From Spirochaetae bacterium HGW-Spirochaetae-3 (lineage in GTDB: Bacteria > Spirochaetota > Spirochaetia > Treponematales > UBA12059): a stretch of 64,000 nucleotides of DNA. The stretch covers positions 313,572-377,571 of the forward strand of contig PGXV01000005.1 in assembly GCA_002839315.1 (NCBI GenBank). The letters run 5' to 3'. The translations under genes and the position numbers were made by a program. Positions 39,594 through 47,231 of the stretch are shown in pieces (position 1 is the stretch's first letter; the number at the start of each line of letters is the position of its first letter). The notes under the pieces are model-generated. The model had not been told where the DNA came from, ran no database searches, and was given only the letters and a program-made list of their open reading frames with translations.

Positions 39594-40724
39594 ATGCCCT
39601 CGTGCCCACGCATACGATCTACTCTCCTTTCCATCGGCATCTTCGCGAGCGCCGTCCTCGTCGGGCTCGGTTCGACGTCGCAGTTCAAGGCGACGGCTTC
39701 GAGCGTGTCCGTCGCGTCGGTCCGGGCCGCCCGCCCGCCGGAAGGGGACCGTCGTCCAGCGGCGGTTCCGGCTACGGCCCCCGTATCGCCGGACGCTCCT
39801 TATCGTCTTTTCCCCGCGTCGCTCTTCCCGCCCAGGCTGGCGGACCGCGAAGCGGGCCGATCCGTCGCGTACGGCCCCGCGGGCCCGGCCTCCAGGGAGG
39901 CCGATCTCCCCGCGCCCTCGGCTCCGACGGCCGTGGCGTCTCCCGAGCGGCAGTCGCTGCTCGCGGGTAATCAGATACTCGCGTTCTACGGTAAGCCGGG
40001 CGCGCCGTCCATGGGCATCGTCGGGGAATACAGTAAGGAAAAGCTGGCGCCGCTGCTCGAGGGGTACGCCAAGCTGTACGACGACGTCAACGGCGCGCTC
40101 GGCGTCGTCCCCGCCGTCTACCTCATATTCGGGACCTGCTGGCCCGAGGGCGAGATAGGGCTCCTGAAGTCAAGCGTCGTGGAATCGTATATCGAATTCG
40201 CGGCGGAACGCGGATGGGTCGTGTTCCTCGACCATCAGCTTGGAAAGTACGGCGTAGAGGCGTCCGTACGCTCCATGCTGCCCTACCTGCGCTATCCGAA
40301 CGTGCACCTGGCGATAGATCCGGAATGGCGGACGCTGAAGCCGATGCAGGAGATAGGGTCCATCACGGGGGCGGAGCTCAATGAGGCCCAGCGTATCGTC
40401 GACGACTACCTGCGGGAGAACGATCTCCCCGGCATCCGTATGCTCGTGGTGCACCAGTTCAAGCCCGCGATGATACGCGACTCCGGCGTGGTGCGCGCCG
40501 GCCTGGACAGGGTAGTGCTCGTCCATACCGCGGACGGTTTCGGTTCGCCTTCGCTCAAGAAGAACGCCTACGCCTCCAACGCGCGGTCCGTGAACATGCC
40601 GGTGAAGGGGTTCAAGCTATTCTTCGAGTCGAAGGTCGTGGGCGCGGGATGGGACAAGCCTTTGATGAGGCCCGAGGAGGTGGTCGCCCTCGATCCTATG
40701 CCGCTCGTCGTTATGTATCAGTGA
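39594..40724 (+). CDS. exported hypothetical protein (possibly glycoside-hydrolase-like TIM barrel)
   Basis: N-terminal signal anchor LLSIGIFASAVLVGLG and a Pro/Ala-rich linker. The conserved-looking C-terminal domain (VVFLDHQLG...HLAIDPEW...LVVHQF...HTADGFG) has alternating strand/helix character. No firm family call. Confidence 0.45.
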   Translation: MPSCPRIRSTLLSIGIFASAVLVGLGSTSQFKATASSVSVASVRAARPPEGDRRPAAVPATAPVSPDAPYRLFPASLFPPRLADREAGRSVAYGPAGPASREADLPAPSAPTAVASPERQSLLAGNQILAFYGKPGAPSMGIVGEYSKEKLAPLLEGYAKLYDDVNGALGVVPAVYLIFGTCWPEGEIGLLKSSVVESYIEFAAERGWVVFLDHQLGKYGVEASVRSMLPYLRYPNVHLAIDPEWRTLKPMQEIGSITGAELNEAQRIVDDYLRENDLPGIRMLVVHQFKPAMIRDSGVVRAGLDRVVLVHTADGFGSPSLKKNAYASNARSVNMPVKGFKLFFESKVVGAGWDKPLMRPEEVVALDPMPLVVMYQ

Positions 40725-40825
40725 CGAATCTCTTTTTTTATTACGATACTCCGCCGTATGTAACCGAAACGTACCGCATGGTATTATACTATCAATTGAA
40801 TAATCCCGCTGTAAGGAGCGTATAG

Positions 40826-43800
40826 ATGCAAGTTCGCGGAAAGCCCTTAGCATTGATCGCAATAGCCGCGTTGGCCGCGGCTCGACTCTGGGCGTACGAT
40901 CCGCCCGCCGGCGCGGACACCGCGGCGGCCCTTGCTTCGCCAACGCTTCTATCCGGCGCGTTCTCCGCCGCGTCTACCGAGTCGCCTATGGCGGATCTCG
41001 CGAATCCGGCCGCGTCGGCTCTCCTTCAGCGGACGACGCTCGACCTGAGCTACGCCGCCCTGCTGGGCCTCGGCGACGAGGCCGGTTGGGGCAACGCCCT
41101 CAACCTCGGGATAGCGATACCCAAGCCGTACGGCGTATGGACCGGGTACCTCGGCGTGCTGTCCTCTCCGTTCGACTCGTTCCCCGTCGGCCAGGTCATG
41201 ACGGCGCGCGTCGGCATGGCCAAGGACCTGTATCCTAACCTGCTCGTCGGCGTAGCCGTCGACGGCCAGGTCGGATCCAACGACGGATTCGGCTGGGGAT
41301 TCGCCGCGGATATAGGCGTCATAGGCCTGGCCGGCGACGTCGGTCCGTTCAAGGGCCTTTCCTGGGGCGTCTCGATGCGCAATATGGGCAAGGCGTTCTC
41401 GTCCGACGGCGCCTTGAGTCCGAGCGGCGCCGTCGCCTCGGCGTACGAATCGCCGTTCACGCCGCAGATAGGGTTCGCGGCCGACCTGATCGGGTCCGCG
41501 TCCTCCGACGTCAGGCTCTCGGCCAACGCCGACGTTTGGCTTCCGACCTTCCAGAACCTCGTATTCTCGACCGGGCTCAAGCTCGGCTGGCGCGACCGCG
41601 CCTTCCTGCGGCTCGGTTGGGACTTGGACGCCCGAGAGGCCATAGACGGGGTCGATCAGGGCCTCTTGCCGAGCGTGGGCATAGGCGCGAGCTTCGTCCT
41701 CGACCGCAAGGCCGACGATTCCGGCAAATCCGCGGCGGGGGTCGACCGATCCGAGATCAGCCCGTCATTCGCGGTGGCCCAGCTCGGCAGCGGCGTATGG
41801 GCCTTCAGCGGCGGTGTCAACATGCCCTTCGGCATCATCGACAAGACGCCTCCGGAAATACGCGTCTCGTATCCCGCGACGACCTTCGACGCCTACTACT
41901 TTAGCCCTAACAACGACGGGACGCTCGACCAGGTGACCCTGCCGCTGACGATAACCGATCAGCGCTATGTGCAGGGCTTCGAGCTCAAGGTGCTGGACTC
42001 TTCGGGCGCCGTCGTCAAGACCATCGCCAACAAGGAATCCCGCCCCGAGAACCAGGACTGGAAAGGTCTGCTCGGGCGCGTCATGTATGTGAAGAAGGGC
42101 GTAGAGGTGCCGCCCGAGCTCGTCTGGAACGGCCTGACCGACTCCGGCGCCGCGGCCCCCGACGGGCGCTATACCATCGTCGTCGAGGCGGTGGACGATA
42201 ACGGCAACGTCGCCTCGACGGCGCCGTGGGCGGTCGTAGTCGATACGGCGCCGCCGACCGTGAAGGCGAGCGGACCCGTCGGCGGCGGCGAGGCCCTTAT
42301 ATTCAGCCCCGACGGCGACGGGAACAAGGACAAACTCGCCATCGCCCAGGAAGGATCCGTAGAGGACCTGTGGAAGGCCGAGGCGCTGGACGCCGGCGGC
42401 GTCGCGATTAGGACCTGGAAGATCGAATCCGCGGCGCTGTCGGCGCTAAGCTGGGACGGCAAGAACGACTCGGGGCAGGTCGTGCCCGACGGCGTCTACG
42501 CCTATCGCGTCTCGTCGACCGACCGGGCCGGCAACGCAGGCTCGGCCAAGGTCGAGAATATTATCGTCAACACGCAGCAGCCTCCGGTCGGCGTTACCAT
42601 AGACCAGGCCGCGTTCAGCCCGGACGGCGACGGGGTCAGGGACGTGCTGACGCTGTCTCCCAACGTGCCGGTGCGCACCGGCATGTCTTCGTGGTCGCTA
42701 TCAGTCCTCGATTCTTCCGACGCGGAGCGCTGGTCCGCCTCGGGTTCGGGCGCCGACTCGCTCGCCGCTCGCTACCCGTTCGCCGGTAAGGATAAGTCTG
42801 GCGCGGCGCTTCCCGAGGGTACGTACCGCACCCGCCTCTCGATAGAGTACGTCAACGGCCACCGGCCGATCGCCTACTCGCCTAGCTTCATCATCGATAC
42901 GAGCTCTCCCTCGGCCAAGGTGTCGGTCGACAGGCGCGCGTTCAACCCGCTCGGCGCCGCCGGCGCCGTCGTCGTCATAACGCAGACGGGCTCCGACGAA
43001 GATCGCTGGGTCGGCGAGATGCTCGACTCGGCAGGCGCCGCCGTCAAGACGTGGTCCTTCATAGGCACGCTGGACAAGAGCGTTAGCTGGGACGGTTCCG
43101 ACGACGCCGGCAAGGTGGTCGCCGACGGATCGTATACCTACAGGGTCTCGGCCTCCGACAAGGCGGGCAATACCGGTTCCGCCGTCGGGGCGGCCGTGAT
43201 CGTCGATACCCAGAACAAGGCCGTCAGGCTTTCGCTCGACAAGCGCGCGTTCAGCCCCAACGGAGACGGCGTCGCCGACTCCGTGGCTATGTTGCCCGAG
43301 AGTCAATCGGCTACCGCGGTGCAATCGTGGACCCTGCTCATACTCGATTCGGCGGAGACCAAGGTCCGCGGCTTCACCGGCACGGGCTCGCTACCGGCCA
43401 GGCTCGCCTGGGACGGCAAGAAGGACGACGGCGCCAAGGCCGCCGACGGTACCTATCGCGCGGCCCTCGAGGTACGCTTCGTCACCGCCGAGGTGGAATC
43501 CGCCAGGTCCGTCGACATGGCCCTCGATACGACGGCTCCCTCCATAGAGCTGAGCGCCGTCAACACGCTGTTCAGCCCCGACGGCGACGGTCGCAAGGAT
43601 AGCGTCGATATATCGCAGCGGACCGTGCCCGGCGATACCTGGGAAGGCCGCATCCTCGGCGCCGCCGGCCGCGTCTACCGCTCGTGGACCTGGAAGGACG
43701 CCGCCGGAGACTTTTCGTGGGACGGCTCGGACGCCGAGGGGAACAAGGTCCCGGACGGTAATTATCGCTATGTCGTACGCTCGGAAGACCCGGCCGGCAA

Positions 43801-44941
43801 CAAGACCGAACGGGCAATAGAGAAGATCGTGGTGGATAATAGGCAGACGCAGGCCTTCGTCACCGCCAGCGCCCCGGGGTTCAGCCCTAACGGCGACGGC
43901 GAGTTCGACGACCTGTCCTTCGGCCTCGTCGTAAAGCTGGCCGACGGCGTAGACGCGTGGCGCCTCGCGATGGTCGACTCGGCCGGGACCGAGCGCCGGG
44001 TATTCTCCGGCAAGGGCGCGTCCACCATCCCCGCCAAGCAGGCTTGGGACGGCAAGACGACCGACGGATCCATCGTGCAGGGCTCCTATACCGCCGTCTT
44101 TACCGTCGACTACCTGAAGGGCGATCGAGCCGAGGCCAGGAGCGCGTCGTTCGTCGTCGATACCGAGGGTCCCAAGGTCGCTTTGTCGACGAGCCCGCGC
44201 TACTTCAGCCCCGATAACGACGGCGTAGACGACGAGCTGAAGATATCGCTCGCCGTATCCGACGCCAGCGTCGTCGACTCGTGGCGCTTCGAGATCATCG
44301 AGGTAGCCATATCCGAGAGCGCCGTGGCCAAGAAGGCCGAGCGCGCGTTCTTTACGTGGAGCGGCCGCGGCAAGCCCGCGGAGCGCCTCGTCTGGGACGG
44401 CCGCTCGCAGAAGGGCGAGCTCGTCGAGGCGGCCACGGATTACCCGTACCGCCTGACCATAATCGACGGCCTGGGCAACAAGACGGTCTCCGAGGGCGTC
44501 ATCTCAGTGGACGTGCTCGTGATACGCGACGGCGACAGGCTCAAGATAAAGGTGCCGTCCATCGTGTTCAGGCCCGACTTCGCCGACTTCAAGGACCTGC
44601 CGCAGGAGAAACTCGACCGTAACGCCGAGGTATTGCAGCGCATAGCGCTCATCCTCAACCGTTTCAAGGATTACAAGATACGCGTCGAGGGACACGCCAA
44701 CTCGATAGCCAAGATGACCGGAGCGGGACCGGCGGCGATCGAAAAGGAAGAGACGAAGGAACTGCTGCCGCTTTCCGAGAACCGCGCCAAGCTCGTCATG
44801 CAGAAGCTTATCGAGTACGGCGTCGATCCTAAGCGCCTGTCGGTGCGCGGCCTCGGCTCCTCGGAGCCGGTCGTCGCGTTCACCGACGGGGAGAACCGCT
44901 GGAAGAACCGGCGCGTCGAGTTCATATTGATAAAGGAATAG
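40826..44941 (+). CDS. 1371-aa envelope protein: N-terminal beta-barrel-like domain, 8 FlgD-Ig-like modules, C-terminal OmpA-like peptidoglycan-binding domain
   Basis: AAGGAG SD and signal peptide. The first ~330 aa are Gly/aromatic-rich with alternating hydrophobicity. Eight modules each begin FSP(D/N)GDG.xD and contain W(D/N)G.d..G..v.DG.Y.Y.v...D.AGN. The C-terminus reads IRVEGHANS...LSENRAKLVMQKLIEYGVDPKRLSVRGLGSSEPV...NRRVEFILI (OmpA_C). Confidence 0.8.
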   Translation: MQVRGKPLALIAIAALAAARLWAYDPPAGADTAAALASPTLLSGAFSAASTESPMADLANPAASALLQRTTLDLSYAALLGLGDEAGWGNALNLGIAIPKPYGVWTGYLGVLSSPFDSFPVGQVMTARVGMAKDLYPNLLVGVAVDGQVGSNDGFGWGFAADIGVIGLAGDVGPFKGLSWGVSMRNMGKAFSSDGALSPSGAVASAYESPFTPQIGFAADLIGSASSDVRLSANADVWLPTFQNLVFSTGLKLGWRDRAFLRLGWDLDAREAIDGVDQGLLPSVGIGASFVLDRKADDSGKSAAGVDRSEISPSFAVAQLGSGVWAFSGGVNMPFGIIDKTPPEIRVSYPATTFDAYYFSPNNDGTLDQVTLPLTITDQRYVQGFELKVLDSSGAVVKTIANKESRPENQDWKGLLGRVMYVKKGVEVPPELVWNGLTDSGAAAPDGRYTIVVEAVDDNGNVASTAPWAVVVDTAPPTVKASGPVGGGEALIFSPDGDGNKDKLAIAQEGSVEDLWKAEALDAGGVAIRTWKIESAALSALSWDGKNDSGQVVPDGVYAYRVSSTDRAGNAGSAKVENIIVNTQQPPVGVTIDQAAFSPDGDGVRDVLTLSPNVPVRTGMSSWSLSVLDSSDAERWSASGSGADSLAARYPFAGKDKSGAALPEGTYRTRLSIEYVNGHRPIAYSPSFIIDTSSPSAKVSVDRRAFNPLGAAGAVVVITQTGSDEDRWVGEMLDSAGAAVKTWSFIGTLDKSVSWDGSDDAGKVVADGSYTYRVSASDKAGNTGSAVGAAVIVDTQNKAVRLSLDKRAFSPNGDGVADSVAMLPESQSATAVQSWTLLILDSAETKVRGFTGTGSLPARLAWDGKKDDGAKAADGTYRAALEVRFVTAEVESARSVDMALDTTAPSIELSAVNTLFSPDGDGRKDSVDISQRTVPGDTWEGRILGAAGRVYRSWTWKDAAGDFSWDGSDAEGNKVPDGNYRYVVRSEDPAGNKTERAIEKIVVDNRQTQAFVTASAPGFSPNGDGEFDDLSFGLVVKLADGVDAWRLAMVDSAGTERRVFSGKGASTIPAKQAWDGKTTDGSIVQGSYTAVFTVDYLKGDRAEARSASFVVDTEGPKVALSTSPRYFSPDNDGVDDELKISLAVSDASVVDSWRFEIIEVAISESAVAKKAERAFFTWSGRGKPAERLVWDGRSQKGELVEAATDYPYRLTIIDGLGNKTVSEGVISVDVLVIRDGDRLKIKVPSIVFRPDFADFKDLPQEKLDRNAEVLQRIALILNRFKDYKIRVEGHANSIAKMTGAGPAAIEKEETKELLPLSENRAKLVMQKLIEYGVDPKRLSVRGLGSSEPVVAFTDGENRWKNRRVEFILIKE

Positions 44942-44944
44942 GCC

Positions 44945-45175
44945 ATGGCTTACGAAGGAATCGTCGCGATCGTGTCTATCTTTATCGTGGCGCCGACTAT
45001 CGTGTTTGGGTTCGTGCTCCTCGGTAAGCGGGGGAAGAACCGGGTAGAGCTCGCCAGGATAAGCCTGCGCGAGGCCGAGCTCGGCGTCGAGAGGGAGCGC
45101 CTGCATGTCGAGGCGCTACGGGAAGAGAACCGCAAGCTCGATACGATGATAGAGCACCGGATCGAGTCGGTATAG
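44945..45175 (+). CDS. small membrane-anchored coiled-coil protein
   Basis: Starts 4 nt after the OmpA-like stop (AAGGAA SD). One TM helix (IVAIVSIFIVAPTIVFGFVLL) plus a charged helix. A strong terminator follows. Confidence 0.55.
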   Translation: MAYEGIVAIVSIFIVAPTIVFGFVLLGKRGKNRVELARISLREAELGVERERLHVEALREENRKLDTMIEHRIESV

Positions 45176-45193
45176 GCCGTCCGTTCCGGTGCC

Positions 45194-45227
45194 GACGGCC
45201 GGAGGCGAAAGCTTCCGGCCGTTTTCC
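45194..45227 (+). terminator. intrinsic terminator
   Basis: 12-13-bp stem GACGGCCGGAGGC-GAAA-GCTTCCGGCCGTT with a GNRA loop, running into TTTTCCTT. Confidence 0.75.
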
Positions 45228-45256
45228 TTGATTCCATTCCGAAAAATGAATATAGT
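45228..45256 (+). promoter_or_regulatory. sigma-70-like promoter (TTGATT-N17-TATAGT) driving a probably leaderless mRNA
   Basis: TTGATT at 45228-45233, a 17-nt spacer, and TATAGT at 45251-45256, then 7 nt to ATG 45264. No SD. Confidence 0.55.
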
Positions 45257-45263
45257 CTATCGC

Positions 45264-46136
45264 ATGCCAATACCAGAATACCCCGAGTTCGCGCCCGTGA
45301 CGCTCGATATGCGCGACGACCTCTACCCGGCCCTCAACATGCTCGCCGACGGCGTCTCGGAGTTCACCTTCTCCGGGATATACCTGTTCCGCGACACCTA
45401 CAAGTACACGGCCTCGCATATAACCGGTTCCACCTACGTTATATCCGGCGAGAAGCGAGGCGAGCGCTTCTTCTTCACGCCCTGCTGCGTGCCACAGAAC
45501 GACACGCTCGCGCGCCTGCTCGAGGACCACTGCTACCTCAAGAATATGTCCGAGACCCAGTGCAAGGCCGAGCGCATCAGGCTGGAGACCGCCGGCTACG
45601 CGGTCCACGAGGATCGCGACAACTTCGATTACCTGTACGATCGCAAGGACCTGGCCGAGTTGTCCGGCAAGAACTACCACAAGAAGCGCAACCTCGTGAA
45701 CGCGTTCATAAACTCGTACTCGTACGAGCAGAAGGCGCTCGACGCATCGAACGCGCCGGACGCGATGGCCGTGCTCGACGCTTGGCGTGTCGAAAAGGGC
45801 ATAGACGGCGACTACGCCGCCGCGAAGGAAGCCCTGGAGCGTTACGACGTACTGGGTATGCGCGGCGCCGTCTACTACGTCGACGGGAAGCCGGCAGGCT
45901 ACGCGCTGGGCGAGCCCATCGCCAAGGCGCGCATGTTCGCCGTCCACTTCGAGAAGGCGGTCGGCGAGTACAAGGGAATCTACCAGTTCATAAACCAGGC
46001 CTTCGCCCAGGCGCTGCCTCCCTACGTGAAGTACGTCAACCGAGAGCAGGACCTCGGAGACGAGGGGCTGCGCCAGGCCAAGATGACGTACCGGCCCTGC
46101 GGCTTCGTGAGGAAGTACCGGGTCATGCCCCGCTAG
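45264..46136 (+). CDS. DUF2156 (MprF C-terminal / aminoacyl-tRNA-dependent transferase-like GNAT) protein
   Basis: EFTFSGIYLFRDTYKY...DRDNFDYLYDRKDLAELSGKNYHKKRNLVNAF...YVNREQDLGDEGLRQAKMTYRP matches the DUF2156 pattern. Start placed at MPIPEY because ATG 45246 lies inside the promoter spacer. Confidence 0.65.
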   Translation: MPIPEYPEFAPVTLDMRDDLYPALNMLADGVSEFTFSGIYLFRDTYKYTASHITGSTYVISGEKRGERFFFTPCCVPQNDTLARLLEDHCYLKNMSETQCKAERIRLETAGYAVHEDRDNFDYLYDRKDLAELSGKNYHKKRNLVNAFINSYSYEQKALDASNAPDAMAVLDAWRVEKGIDGDYAAAKEALERYDVLGMRGAVYYVDGKPAGYALGEPIAKARMFAVHFEKAVGEYKGIYQFINQAFAQALPPYVKYVNREQDLGDEGLRQAKMTYRPCGFVRKYRVMPR

Positions 46137-46169
46137 GACGACGACGCGGCCCCGCGCTATACTCCTCGC

Positions 46170-47231
46170 ATGAGCATCGACTTCGACGCACTTACGACGA
46201 CGGCCCTGAGTGAGGCCTTCCCCGAGCGCCGGCGCATCCCCGGCCTGGCCGCGAGCCTCGCGGGCGACGCCGATCTCCGCGCGCTCGCCCGCAGGCTCGC
46301 GGGCGCGACGAGCTGCATCACGATGCTCGCGGGCTCCGGTTCCCGCTGGGTCTCGTCGCTGGCGGAGGCCGCGGCCGCCGGCGAGGATACCGGCGCCGAC
46401 CCGACTGCGCCCCGCGGCCTGTTCCCCGTGCAGAACGCCATGCCCTTCGGGCCGGACCCGATCCCGATAGCCGCGTACGCGCTCGCCGCGGTGCGCGACC
46501 TCGGGCGCCATATCGTCGTCGTCAGGGGCTGGGAACGCGAGATAGAGGAACGCATCCTCGCGCCGCTGGCGTATCCGGTCGGCTCCTGGAGGTTCGCGAC
46601 CCAGGACGCGCCCGGAGGCAAGCCCAGGGGGCACGGAGACGCCGCGTTCCAGACCATGGGGGAATGGTCCGGCTCGGAGTACGTGATCGTGAATTTCGGG
46701 GGCGACGCGTCGAGTCCCCTTACCGCGCTGTCGTCGCTCGCCGTCATGGACGCCCTGGCCCGGAGCCTCGGCGACGAGGCTCCGGGGCTCTTGATGCCCG
46801 CGGCCTTCGTTCCCGCGCCGGCGTATCCCATAGCGTTGGACGGGCGCGGCCTTCCGACGCGTTTCGGCCACGCCAAGCTACAGGGCGTAGCGCCCTCGAC
46901 CGGCGCCCCCTCCGGCGGATACACGAACGTCGGAGTCAGGGTATACCGGGCGTCGGCCCTGCGCGGCGCAATCGAGCGCGTACGGCGCGATCATTGGACC
47001 GCGGAGCGGGGCTACGCCATTCCGGGGAACGCGCCGGCGCCCGACGATACGTTCGGCGGCGAGTTCGCGCTCGATAACGTCGACGCTATGCTCGCGTCCG
47101 AGGGCCGCGCGCGCCTCCTGTGCACGGCTCGCCCGGCGGAGCTGTCTCCGGTGAAGAGCCTCGCCGACCTCGGACGATTCGAACGCGACTCGAGGATAGT
47201 CTGCGGGGATTGGGCTGCGCTGGAAGGCTAG
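46170..47231 (+). CDS. nucleotidyltransferase, NDP-sugar pyrophosphorylase-like (UDPGP-type motifs)
   Basis: ITMLAGSGSRW (LxGGxGTR-like) and KPRGHGDAAFQ (PxGHGD) motifs. TATACT sits 6 nt upstream of the ATG, with no SD. Confidence 0.45.
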   Translation: MSIDFDALTTTALSEAFPERRRIPGLAASLAGDADLRALARRLAGATSCITMLAGSGSRWVSSLAEAAAAGEDTGADPTAPRGLFPVQNAMPFGPDPIPIAAYALAAVRDLGRHIVVVRGWEREIEERILAPLAYPVGSWRFATQDAPGGKPRGHGDAAFQTMGEWSGSEYVIVNFGGDASSPLTALSSLAVMDALARSLGDEAPGLLMPAAFVPAPAYPIALDGRGLPTRFGHAKLQGVAPSTGAPSGGYTNVGVRVYRASALRGAIERVRRDHWTAERGYAIPGNAPAPDDTFGGEFALDNVDAMLASEGRARLLCTARPAELSPVKSLADLGRFERDSRIVCGDWAALEG

